From a virus (lineage: Duplodnaviria; Caudoviricetes): a stretch of DNA of 64,000 bases. The position numbers and the translations under genes are program-made. The stretch covers positions 32,001 to 96,000 of IMG/VR virus record IMGVR_UViG_643692013_000008. One strand, given 5' to 3'. The notes under the pieces were generated by a model that worked only from the letters and a program-made list of their open reading frames with translations, was not told the origin of the DNA and did not search any database. Shown here in pieces: positions 9,477 through 17,791 of this stretch; position 1 is the first letter of the stretch, and every line of letters begins with the position of its first letter.

Positions 9477-9752
9477 TTCCGAGGTTCCCCGAAAAATTCG
9501 GACGCGTTCGGAAAGACACCGTCCGGCGGAAAAAATAGAGTTCGGTCATGGACACGAACTCTCTTCTCGCCCCTCACTGCGGCCGGCCGCACAACACGCG
9601 TGCAACCGGATCAGGCGTAAAAAAGCCCAGCCCGGAGGCTGGGCGAAACCACACTGCACGGGGGTTTGCAGGTGGAGACCACTGGGTGCGAACCGCCGTC
9701 GTGCCAGAATCGAGGTATCTCACCTCCTCAACCCTTTTCCGACGGGGTTCGC

Positions 9753-10046
9753 ATGACCTTTCAATTCATCTGCGATGCGATTGCCAATCGGCACCTGCTC
9801 CGGTTTCACGATCGCTTCGGCCATACCCGCCTCGTCGAGCCTCACCTTTACGGGGCGCGCGGCGGAGACGGTGTGGTGATCTGCTATCAAATCGACGGTG
9901 GGCACCGAGCAGCGCACGAAGAACTATGGAAGTGCCTGCCAGCCACGGGATTCGGTATCCCCGCTGGGAAGCCAAGTTCCTTTCGCCCAAGATCGATCCC
10001 CGAACACTTGCGAAGCAGTATTTCCACCACCTACGCTCAAACTTGA
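9753..10046 (+). CDS. Small WYL-like domain protein (antisense moron)
   Basis: ICDAIANRHLLRF...RLVEPHLYG...CYQ resembles the WYL fold; own promoter-like module upstream. Confidence 0.6.
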   Translation: MTFQFICDAIANRHLLRFHDRFGHTRLVEPHLYGARGGDGVVICYQIDGGHRAAHEELWKCLPATGFGIPAGKPSSFRPRSIPEHLRSSISTTYAQT

Positions 10047-10272
10047 AACGGGCACTGCAGTTGCAGGGATGCGGCATATCGAAGCCCCAGATATGCCGAT
10101 GGACGTCGCACAACAGGTCATGCCCATGGCTGTCCAGCCGCAATTTGCGAAGCCTCACGCATGCTGCGCACGGACACGGCGCCTTCCCCTCGTACTCGGC
10201 GGCAAACCGCACAGACCAGTGCAGCCGCAAGTCGATGAAGTCGGCAACACGCCGCGCAAACCAATGCTTCAT
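9766..10272 (-). CDS. Cys/His-rich hypothetical protein downstream of cro (3' half overlaps the antisense gene)
   Basis: Starts immediately after the cro stop; true C-terminal extent uncertain. Confidence 0.4.
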   Translation of the reverse strand: MKHWFARRVADFIDLRLHWSVRFAAEYEGKAPCPCAACVRLRKLRLDSHGHDLLCDVHRHIWGFDMPHPCNCSARFKFERRWWKYCFASVRGSILGERNLASQRGYRIPWLAGTSIVLRALLGAHRRFDSRSPHRLRRAPRKGEARRGGYGRSDRETGAGADWQSHRR

Positions 10273-10273
10273 C

Positions 10274-10510
10274 TCATCCCCCTTCGGCCTGGGCCGGCTC
10301 GGCCAAGGGCGGATCGGAGTAGATCTGGTCCAGCGTCCAGGTCGCGCCCAGCGAGCCGGCGTACACGATCATTCGCCGCGCGGTTTCGATAACCGGATCG
10401 CAAAGCTGCCGTTCGTACTGGGACAGGGCGGATTGAGTCACGCCAATCTGCTCGGCCATTTCGGCCTGGGAGAGGCTGAGACTCTTGCGAAGGTGGCGGA
10501 TGTTGTTCAT
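10274..10510 (-). CDS. cro: Cro-like XRE HTH repressor
   Basis: LSQAEMAEQIGVTQSALSQYE; divergent from cI. Confidence 0.85.
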   Translation of the reverse strand: MNNIRHLRKSLSLSQAEMAEQIGVTQSALSQYERQLCDPVIETARRMIVYAGSLGATWTLDQIYSDPPLAEPAQAEGG

Positions 10511-10515
10511 GGCCG

Positions 10516-10596
10516 AATATTAGAACTTCTTCTTTTCATGGTCAAGAGAAGTTCTAATGCTGTCGGCCAGCGGATATTAGTAGCCCTTTTTATGAT
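10516..10596. promoter_or_regulatory. oR/pR/pRM region of A
   Basis: pR (minus): TTGACC 10540-10545, 17 bp, TAATAT 10517-10522; AGAASTTCT palindromes; TATGAT 10591-10596 before cI. Confidence 0.8.
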
Positions 10597-10602
10597 TGCC
10601 GC

Positions 10603-11034
10603 ATGGCTACCGTAAAGAAACGACCTCTCACATCCGAAGAAATCGAAGAGTGCCGCCGCTTGGCCCAGGCTTGGGAGCGGCACAAGCAAGACAATCCGGG
10701 AGCGTCACAGAACTGGTTGGGCCAAGTGACAGGACTTGGTGGTCAGAGCCTGATCTCGCAGTATTTCCGCGGCGTCATCCCGCTCAACGTCCGGGCTCTC
10801 CTGACGATCTGTAAGCACATCAACGCCGATCCTCAGGCAATCAGCCCGCGGCTCATGAGTCAGATCATGCCGGCCGGTCTGAAGGAAATCCTGGCCGACG
10901 TCCGTCCTGCAGCACGGGATGCGATTGAAGCTATTCTTCGTGCAGAACAGGCGGGCGAATCGGACGAAGTGTTTCGGCTGGTGCTTCGGCTGTTTCCGCC
11001 TCGCGATGAGGCAGGCGAACTCGAGCGATCATAG
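10603..11034 (+). CDS. cI: CI-like repressor lacking an S24 peptidase domain
   Basis: KKRPLTSEEIEECRRL...SQ..LG...QSLISQYFRG.IPLN is a lambda-CI-like N-domain; only 143 aa. Confidence 0.8.
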   Translation: MATVKKRPLTSEEIEECRRLAQAWERHKQDNPGASQNWLGQVTGLGGQSLISQYFRGVIPLNVRALLTICKHINADPQAISPRLMSQIMPAGLKEILADVRPAARDAIEAILRAEQAGESDEVFRLVLRLFPPRDEAGELERS

Positions 11035-11305
11035 CCGCGATCGCCACCTGTTTCTCCTCATCGGTAAGGGGTTCCAGCGAGGAATCCTTCGCCTTGAGGC
11101 GCCGAGTAACCACGTATCCCGGTCCTGTAGAGCGCACCGTGAAAGCGGGATCCCCCACCAGGTGGGTCATCCAGCGGCCGTCCGGCAACGCGTGGTTCAC
11201 AATCACAAGTTCCCCGACCAACAGGCGGTTCCAGGCAGAGGTAATACGAGCCAGGTCCCCCGGCTTGCAGCGCAAACTCCCACGCCCATCGCTGACCCGT
11301 CGCAT
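10931..11305 (-). CDS. LexA-box-preceded hypothetical protein (candidate antirepressor)
   Basis: AGGAGG RBS; CKPGDLA motif shared with 46524-46790; overlaps the cI 3' end. Confidence 0.65.
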   Translation of the reverse strand: MRRVSDGRGSLRCKPGDLARITSAWNRLLVGELVIVNHALPDGRWMTHLVGDPAFTVRSTGPGYVVTRRLKAKDSSLEPLTDEEKQVAIAAMIARVRLPHREAETAEAPAETLRPIRPPVLHEE

Positions 11306-11331
11306 GACACCTCCTGTTGCTCGGCAAACAA

Positions 11332-11347
11332 CTGTATATGTGAACAG
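11332..11347. promoter_or_regulatory. SOS (LexA) box
   Basis: CTGT-ATATGTGA-ACAG matches CTGT-N8-ACAG. Confidence 0.8.
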
Positions 11348-11442
11348 TAGTTTGCCGCGTTTCGAAACCCGGTTCAACCGGATTCAGCACCGCAACATCG
11401 GTAAAAGGCTTGCGTGAGCCGCTCGTCCTCCAGCCCCGTTCG

Positions 11443-11982
11443 TCAGGGCAGACGCCCTTCTTTCACCCGCACATCGAGCACGGTTTTGTTGTCGGCCGCC
11501 AGATCACACTCGTATATGACTGGGGTGTAAGCGCCGAATCCGTTCTGGAATAAGGCCTTGTCGCCCACATACGTGATCACTCCGGCGGCCTGATCGGCCC
11601 AACGGAATCGGCTGAATTTCAGCTCGAAGGTTCGGTCAGTCCACTTGACGTCGTACTTAGCAAGTTTGGTGACTGGATTTTTACAGTACACGCTGGCGCC
11701 GACTATGCCCTTGTCGCCAAGGCACTGCAGATCGGTCTTGGCGCAGTCCGAAGCGCTTTCCTTCGTGCCTGACCTCTCCGCCGCTGCCGGCGGTGCTCCG
11801 CCCTCCTGCTTCGGCGCGGTCACCGCAAGGTAAGCAGCCACGCCGCACACGACGACAACTCCAGCCGTGATCCAGGCGGCCCGCTTCGAGAGATTTTTCT
11901 TGATCGGAGCGCCGCAGCGCACGCACGCGTCCGCCTTGTCGCTTATCTCTGCTCCGCACTCCCCACATTTCACCAGCGCCAT
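11443..11982 (-). CDS. Zinc-ribbon membrane protein (possible lysogenic conversion/exclusion)
   Basis: MALVKCGECGAEISDKADACVRCG, one TM helix, extracytoplasmic domain. Confidence 0.75.
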   Translation of the reverse strand: MALVKCGECGAEISDKADACVRCGAPIKKNLSKRAAWITAGVVVVCGVAAYLAVTAPKQEGGAPPAAAERSGTKESASDCAKTDLQCLGDKGIVGASVYCKNPVTKLAKYDVKWTDRTFELKFSRFRWADQAAGVITYVGDKALFQNGFGAYTPVIYECDLAADNKTVLDVRVKEGRLP

Positions 11983-12091
11983 CCGGCCACCCCGTCGAGT
12001 TTCGTTGTCCAGGAAGCATACCGAACCGTCTATTTCAGGCCAACGCTGCGCCTTGTGCTGTCGATCGGCTGTTACAAATTTTCCTCGAAAA

Positions 12092-12135
12092 TATTAGAAG
12101 TTCTCTTGCTTTGAAAAAGAAGAACTTCTAATATT
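12092..12135 (+). promoter_or_regulatory. oL/pL of A
   Basis: TTGCTT 12106-12111, 17 bp, TAATAT 12129-12134; near-copy of the reverse complement of oR with AGAASTTCT palindromes. Confidence 0.8.
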
Positions 12136-12175
12136 CGGTCCATCGCAGCACACAACACGCTGCACGGCGGAAGCC

Positions 12176-12671
12176 GGCGATCTTTGACAACTTGGGGATT
12201 CGAGAGAGGGCGTGGCGGTGCTGGCGAGTTGCTGGCTCAGTTCGCCTGCTCTGTTAGGAGGCGCGGCCCGGCGCGAACCGGGCCGCAAATCCTAGGTCAC
12301 GACGGTCCAGACGATCAGGAACAGGTACCAGAGGCACTTGGCCAGATCGACCTTAACGTCCACCTTCACAGTTACTTTCACCATGTGTTGCGCACCGGAG
12401 AAAGCCTGTGGCCACAGGCGTTAAGCCCGTTGAGTACTTGTAGCGCGCCCTAGCTGGCGCGTGCGAGTGGCTGCCTAGGATGACCACCCGCCCGACAAGT
12501 TGCTGTCGGTCGGCTCGGCGCGGGTCGGTACACCGGATTTGATACCGGCTCCGACACTGGCGTCACCTTCGGCGTCTTGCCAGACGCCGTGCTGGCGATG
12601 CAATACGCCAGCGCGCCGAGCATAGCAGAACCGTTCGCGCCCTCCCTCAAACCCCAAGTGTCGAGATCGCC
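12176..12671. repeat. Long-range imperfect inverted repeat (12176-12212 / 12638-12671) containing a boxA-like TCTTTGACAA
   Basis: GGCGATCTTTGACAACTTGGGGATTCGAGAGAGGGCG pairs with CGCCCTCCCTCAAACCCCAAGTGTCGAGATCGCC. Confidence 0.75.
12292..12384 (-). CDS. 30-aa hydrophobic peptide MVKVTVKVDVKVDLAKCLWYLFLIVWTVVT
   Basis: Hand-translated; followed by a GC hairpin (12263-12286); extended -10 TGcTATGCT at ~12619-12627; weak RBS. Confidence 0.55.
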   Translation of the reverse strand: MVKVTVKVDVKVDLAKCLWYLFLIVWTVVT

Positions 12672-12708
12672 TGTCTTCCGATTCGCTTTAGAAATCGAGG
12701 AGTCAGAC

Positions 12709-13023
12709 GTGATCAAGAACAGCAAGCAATCGTGGGAAGCAGGCTCGACCGTGAAGGTCGGTTTCCTGTCGCTGACCGTGAAGGCGGTCGTGCCGACGCC
12801 CGGCGACCACGCGCCGGACGCCTACATCCTCGTCAACGCTGCGGGCACGCAGCTCTACAAGTTCGTTCCCCACAACGGCGTCGAGAAGGTCACGCCGCTC
12901 GAAGCGCGCGAGCTGCTCGACGCAGCGCACGTTGCTGCGGAGCGCGAAGCGGCGCGCGCGATCGCGCGCTCGAAGCAGACGGTGGCCGACATGGCCGCGA
13001 TCAACAAGCTGGTTTTCGCCTGA
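12709..13023 (+). CDS. Hypothetical protein, first gene of the pL operon
   Basis: GAGGAG RBS, GTG start. Confidence 0.7.
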   Translation: MIKNSKQSWEAGSTVKVGFLSLTVKAVVPTPGDHAPDAYILVNAAGTQLYKFVPHNGVEKVTPLEARELLDAAHVAAEREAARAIARSKQTVADMAAINKLVFA

Positions 13024-13030
13024 GCCCGTG

Positions 13031-13150
13031 ATGACCTCGGACTGGTTCATTGCCGGCTTGGTCATCGTCGGGACGATCGTCGGCTTCGTTGTACTCGGCC
13101 TGATTGGTGGCATCAAGGGCAAGCAGGACGACAACAAAGACCACAACTGA
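13031..13150 (+). CDS. Small membrane protein
   Basis: 39 aa, single TM helix. Confidence 0.5.
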   Translation: MTSDWFIAGLVIVGTIVGFVVLGLIGGIKGKQDDNKDHN

Positions 13151-13174
13151 TTCGCGTGCCGCTCGGCACGAAGG

Positions 13175-13252
13175 CTCTCAGCTCCAGGCACGGCCCTCGG
13201 AAATGGCCTGGAGTTTTTCGGCGAGGCGGCCGGTAAGGCGCCTCCCACTTTT
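13175..13252 (+). ncRNA. Conserved two-hairpin RNA element (copy 1)
   Basis: CTCCAGGC/GCCTGGAG stem with GGCCCTCGGA loop, then GAGGCGGCC..GGCGCCTC and a U-tract; homologous to 39810-39882. Confidence 0.55.
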
Positions 13253-13269
13253 CGGATCTGGGGATAGCG

Positions 13270-13533
13270 ATGCACACGGACCTCATGTCGGACCTGAAGC
13301 AAGAGTACGCCGTCGCCCGCGAGCACGGCGAGCGCAAGGCGATGGATCAACTGGCGCGCGGCATCAGCTACGCGGCGGCCGGCGAGCTCACCCTGGCGCG
13401 CGAGATCGCGCTCTACCACCGGGGCTGGCACGACGAGATGTTCGACCGGCCCGCGCCGTACGCCGAGCCGGAGCTGCATTACCTCGCGGGGCGCCTCGAC
13501 GCACGCCGTCAGCGCGCCGCCGCCACGCATTAA
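13270..13533 (+). CDS. Hypothetical phage protein
   Basis: GGGG RBS, GC3-rich ORF. Confidence 0.65.
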   Translation: MHTDLMSDLKQEYAVAREHGERKAMDQLARGISYAAAGELTLAREIALYHRGWHDEMFDRPAPYAEPELHYLAGRLDARRQRAAATH

Positions 13534-13617
13534 CCGCTGGGCGTCGCGGCGAATGCGCCGCGGGTCGAACTCCGGGCCTTCAGCAAGCCCGCTTCGAAAT
13601 CACCACGAGAGGTAGAC

Positions 13618-13920
13618 ATGCAAGCCACGGCAACCGCAGCAGTGTCCACGGCCCCCATCGCCGTGAAGGAAGTCGAATCGTCGCAGATCTTCGCGATCGG
13701 CCATGACGCCGCAACGAACACGCTGGCGATCCGCTTCCGCAGCTACAAAACGAACGGCCCGACGTCGCTCTACCACTACGCGAACGTGCCGGCCGCCTTG
13801 TTCGCCGAGTTCGCGTCGGCCGAGTCGATCGGCACGTACTTCAGCCAGAACATCAAGCCGTACGACAAGAAGTACCCGTACGTGCAGATCGAGAAGATGC
13901 CGGCGACCGCGCCGGCGTAA
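13618..13920 (+). CDS. KTSC domain protein
   Basis: VESSQIFAIGHD....LAIRF...YHYANVP......A.SIG.YF..NIK. Confidence 0.85.
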   Translation: MQATATAAVSTAPIAVKEVESSQIFAIGHDAATNTLAIRFRSYKTNGPTSLYHYANVPAALFAEFASAESIGTYFSQNIKPYDKKYPYVQIEKMPATAPA

Positions 13921-14297
13921 CGCAACCCCCGGAGGGCCGCACGCCGCAGAAGTTTGCGGCGGCCGCATCAAGCGCGAGAGCTGCGCGACATGCGGTTAGG
14001 CCCATAGCGCTGCAGGTCGGCTGAGCCTCCAGTCGGTTGGAAACACCCTGCTTCACCCCGCGGCGAGCGCGGGGCACCTGACTAGCAGTGGCGCGTCATG
14101 TGGCGCGTGGCTGGCGAGTCGCCGGACGCGAGTACCCGGCACCTTGATGGGAGCCCACTGCCGCAACAGACGACACGAGGTCTAGCTCGTGAGCGCGGTG
14201 AGCGGGCTAGACAGCGGGCTCCCATCAGGAGTCAGAACACGACGCCGGCCAGGTCATCGCAGTCGGCGCCCACACAGGCGATTCACCGAGGTGCGAC

Positions 14298-14597
14298 ATG
14301 AAAGTAACCATCAATGGCTTCATCTTCGCGCGGCCGGCGCGTGACGGTTCGTTGAATTTCGAGTTCTCGGAATACGACGTGACGAAGTACGACAACCACG
14401 CCGCCAAAGTCCGGGAGCACTCGATCGAGGTCGACGTGCCCGACGACTTCGACCCGCGCCCGGGCATCGTCGAGAACCTCGAGCGCGAGAAGACCCAGAT
14501 CCTCGCCGAGGCCAATCTCAAGGTCACCGACATCAATCGGCTGATCCAGACGCTGCTCGCGATCGACAACGCCCCGACGGACAGGACGCCGGCATGA
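14298..14597 (+). CDS. Hypothetical phage protein
   Basis: GAGG RBS; VDVPDDFDPR motif. Confidence 0.7.
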   Translation: MKVTINGFIFARPARDGSLNFEFSEYDVTKYDNHAAKVREHSIEVDVPDDFDPRPGIVENLEREKTQILAEANLKVTDINRLIQTLLAIDNAPTDRTPA

Positions 14598-14767
14598 GCC
14601 CGATGTCCCTTCGCCCCTCCCTGCGCCGCTACGGCGCGCACCTCAACCGCGAGCAGCGGCGCGCCTGGATGGTTCAGCGCCTCACGCGCTCGCCGCGCGT
14701 GCCCATCAGCTCCGGCTTTGTGCCGCGCGGGATCGCGCGCGTCTACACCTACTGCAAGGTCGCCTGA
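14594..14767 (+). CDS. Small basic hypothetical protein
   Basis: 57-aa coupled ORF. Confidence 0.45.
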   Translation: MSPMSLRPSLRRYGAHLNREQRRAWMVQRLTRSPRVPISSGFVPRGIARVYTYCKVA

Positions 14768-14768
14768 C

Positions 14769-15053
14769 ATGACCACCGACAAACGGAAAAAACGCGTCCC
14801 GATGCCGAAGATGGTCGATCGCAAATGCAACCGGTGCGGCAGGTCGTTTCAAGCGCGCGCTGCTGACGTAAAGCGCGGCTGGGGCCGCTTTTGCTCGAAG
14901 TCGTGCAAAGCGATCAAGCAAGAGCAGCGCACCGGGCAGCACCGGGCGTTCGTGGATCGCCGCGACGCCTACGAAGACGGCGAAGGCCCTACCGAGTTTT
15001 CCGACGCGCACTTGTTCAGCAACGAAGAACACGACTGCAACAAGGACCTGTGA
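14769..15053 (+). CDS. Zn-finger protein
   Basis: CNRCG.SF......KRGWGRFCSKSC. Confidence 0.7.
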   Translation: MTTDKRKKRVPMPKMVDRKCNRCGRSFQARAADVKRGWGRFCSKSCKAIKQEQRTGQHRAFVDRRDAYEDGEGPTEFSDAHLFSNEEHDCNKDL

Positions 15054-15208
15054 TGCGCTGGCTCGACCGACTCCACTCCAAGCACCCTCGCCTGACGATG
15101 GCAGCGGCGATCCTGATCGCCTTCGCCGTCCTCTACGTCGCACGCGAGATCGACCACACCAACTCCGACCTGCTGCGCTGGCAACTGGCCAGCGTGCGCC
15201 AGGTGTAA
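15053..15208 (+). CDS. Small membrane protein
   Basis: TGATG coupling; TM helix. Confidence 0.6.
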   Translation: MRWLDRLHSKHPRLTMAAAILIAFAVLYVAREIDHTNSDLLRWQLASVRQV

Positions 15209-15225
15209 CCGCCCCGGAGCATTTC

Positions 15226-16128
15226 ATGCAGACCGCCACCATGGCCGACGTCATCGACGCCGACATCACCGCCCCACGCCCCGAGCAGCCCCTGGCCAAC
15301 GTCCAGTCGTCGCCGCCCGCGCCAGTTCGCGCCGCTTCGACCATCACGGCGCGGGATCTCCTCCGCCTGTCGGTCGAACGCGGGGCGAGCCTCGAGCAGA
15401 TCGAGAAGCTGATGGATCTGCTGGATCGAAACGAAGCGCGCGACGCACGGCTCGCGTTCGTTGAGGCGATGGCCGCCTTCAAGAAGGAACCGCTCGATAT
15501 CTTCAAGCGCAAGCAGGTCGAGTTCCAGACTCGGGACGGCGAATGGACGCGCTACAAGCACGCCGAGCTGTCGGACATCACCGACGTCGTCGGGCCGGCC
15601 ATGGCGAAGTATGGCCTGTCGTTCGACTGGGACATCCACCAGAGTAACGGCCTCATTACCGTCGACTGCGTCGTGACGCACGTTCAGGGACATTTCAAGA
15701 AGGTCACGATGTCCGGCGCACCAGACGCGAGCGGCAAGAAGAACGCCATCCAGCAGGCGGCCAGCACGATCACTTATCTGCAGCGCTACACGCTGCTCGC
15801 CGCGACTGGCATGTCCACGAAGGGCGAGGACGACGACGGCGCAGGCGGCGCAGATCCCGACGGCGATCCTGGCGCCGGCCAGCAGCCGGCCGGCGAGGCC
15901 CAGCAAAACGGCGCCCGGAGCGCGCGCGCCGCAGGCCAGAACCAGCCCGCTCGCCCTGCCTTCTACGACCAGGCGAAGTTCGACGCCAACAAAGCCGAAT
16001 GGAGAAAGGTCGTCACGTCGAAGCGTAAGACCCCGGCCAAGATGATCGCCTTCATCGAATCCCGTGGCGCCCCGCTCACTGAAGCCCAGAAGAACACCAT
16101 CGACTCTTGGAGCCATGAAAATGACTGA
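15226..16128 (+). CDS. erf: ERF-family ssDNA-annealing protein
   Basis: Y.HA.L.DI, KNAIQQAASTITYLQRYTL.A..G.....DDDG. Confidence 0.85.
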   Translation: MQTATMADVIDADITAPRPEQPLANVQSSPPAPVRAASTITARDLLRLSVERGASLEQIEKLMDLLDRNEARDARLAFVEAMAAFKKEPLDIFKRKQVEFQTRDGEWTRYKHAELSDITDVVGPAMAKYGLSFDWDIHQSNGLITVDCVVTHVQGHFKKVTMSGAPDASGKKNAIQQAASTITYLQRYTLLAATGMSTKGEDDDGAGGADPDGDPGAGQQPAGEAQQNGARSARAAGQNQPARPAFYDQAKFDANKAEWRKVVTSKRKTPAKMIAFIESRGAPLTEAQKNTIDSWSHEND

Positions 16129-17755
16129 ACGCATCATCCACGACCTCATCCAAGGTACTCCCGAATGGGAGGCTTTCCGCCTCGAACACTTCGGCGCCAG
16201 CGAGGCGGCCGCCATGCTCGGCATCTCGCCGAAGGTCAAGCGCAACGAGCTGCTGCACATGAAGCACACAGGCACGCCGAAGGAATTCAGCGACTGGGTG
16301 CAGGAGCACATCCTCGATCGCGGCCACGAAGTCGAAGCGCTCGCGCGCCCATTCGCCGAGGAAGTAATCGGCGAAGACCTGTATCCCGTGACCTGCTCGT
16401 TCGGCGTGCCGTCGGCATCCTGCGACGGCCTGACGATGGACCACAGCACCGCGTGGGAACACAAGCAATGGAATGAGGATCTGGCGAAATCGCTGCGCGC
16501 CGGCGTGCTTCCCGACGAGCACCAGCCGCAGGTGCAGCAGAACATGCACGTCACCGGTGCGTCCCGCCTGCTGTTCACCTGCTCCAATGGCACCGAAGAG
16601 AAGATGGTCCACCTGTGGGTGGCACCCGATCCGGAATGGGTCGCGCGCATCAACGCCGGCTGGGAACAGTTCGCGAAGGATCTCGCCACGTACCAACCGC
16701 GCGATATCCGCGAAGCCCCGAAGGGCGAAGCGATTCTCAGCCTGCCGACGCTGGCCGTGCAGATTCGCGGCGAAGTGGTGTCGAGCAACCTGCCCCGCTT
16801 CAAGGCGGCGGCCGAATCGTTCATCGCCAACATCAAGACCGACCTCAAGACCGACGAGGACTTTGCCAACGCCGCGTCGACGGTTTCGTTCTGCGAGAAA
16901 GCCGAGAAGGAACTGGAGATGGCGAAGAACGCGGCCATCGGCCAGACGGCGAGTATCGACGAGCTGATGCGCACGCTCGACCACATCAGCGCGCAGCTGC
17001 GCGAAAAGCGCTTGGCGCTCGACAAGCTCGTGACGAAGCGCAAGGGCGAGATCAAGGACGAGATCATCCTCGGTGGCAAAAGCGCCTACGCCGCCCACAT
17101 CAAGTCGCTGAACGACGAGCTGGCCGACGTGACGCTCGTCGTCGCCGTACCGGATTTCGTCACCGCCGCGAAGAACAAGCGCACGCTGGCCAGCCTGCAC
17201 GAAGCGATCGACACCGCCGTGGCCAACGGCAAGATCGCCGCCGACGCGGCCGCGCGCGACATGCGCGCCAAGCTCGACTGGTACCGCAAGCAGGCCGCCG
17301 AGCACACCTTCCTGTTCCGCGACCTGCAGCAGCTCATCCAGAAGCCGGCTGAGGACTTCCACCTCGCCGTCGACGCCCGCATCGAGCAGCACAAGAAGCA
17401 GCAGGCCGAGGAAGCCGAACGCAAGCGCGCCGCTGAGCGGGCAGCAGCCGATGAGGCAGCGGCGGCCGCAGCAGCGAAGGCGAACGCCGCCCCCGCGGTT
17501 GACGAGCCGGCTCCCGCAGCCGCCCAGGCGACCCGGCAACCGGCACCGCAGACCACGTCGGTTCCTGCAGCAGCGTCTGCCGGCCCTCGGCGCGGCACCG
17601 GCGGCTCCATGCGTACCCAGCCGTCGCGCCCGAGCGACGACGAGATTGTCGGCGTGCTCGCCCTGCACTACCGCCAGCACGAATCGAAGATCGTCGAATG
17701 GCTCCTCGCCATGGACCTGAAAGCGGCGAGCGAGCGGCTTGCCGCTGCGTTCTAA
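16121..17755 (+). CDS. YqaJ-like viral recombinase/exonuclease with coiled-coil C-terminus
   Basis: QGTPEW..FR....GASEAAAMLG, GH..E..AR, ASCDG, WEHK. Confidence 0.85.
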   Translation: MTERIIHDLIQGTPEWEAFRLEHFGASEAAAMLGISPKVKRNELLHMKHTGTPKEFSDWVQEHILDRGHEVEALARPFAEEVIGEDLYPVTCSFGVPSASCDGLTMDHSTAWEHKQWNEDLAKSLRAGVLPDEHQPQVQQNMHVTGASRLLFTCSNGTEEKMVHLWVAPDPEWVARINAGWEQFAKDLATYQPRDIREAPKGEAILSLPTLAVQIRGEVVSSNLPRFKAAAESFIANIKTDLKTDEDFANAASTVSFCEKAEKELEMAKNAAIGQTASIDELMRTLDHISAQLREKRLALDKLVTKRKGEIKDEIILGGKSAYAAHIKSLNDELADVTLVVAVPDFVTAAKNKRTLASLHEAIDTAVANGKIAADAAARDMRAKLDWYRKQAAEHTFLFRDLQQLIQKPAEDFHLAVDARIEQHKKQQAEEAERKRAAERAAADEAAAAAAAKANAAPAVDEPAPAAAQATRQPAPQTTSVPAAASAGPRRGTGGSMRTQPSRPSDDEIVGVLALHYRQHESKIVEWLLAMDLKAASERLAAAF

Positions 17756-17791
17756 CCCCCGCTCGCCGCCATCACCGAAGGAGTCATCGAC

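Noticed and set aside
12176-12671. Retron msr-msd-like ncRNA (terminal inverted repeats)
   Set aside because: No reverse transcriptase in the window
13534-13605. tRNA-like element (GGGTCGAACTCC resembles a T-loop)
   Set aside because: Could not build a cloverleaf or acceptor stem
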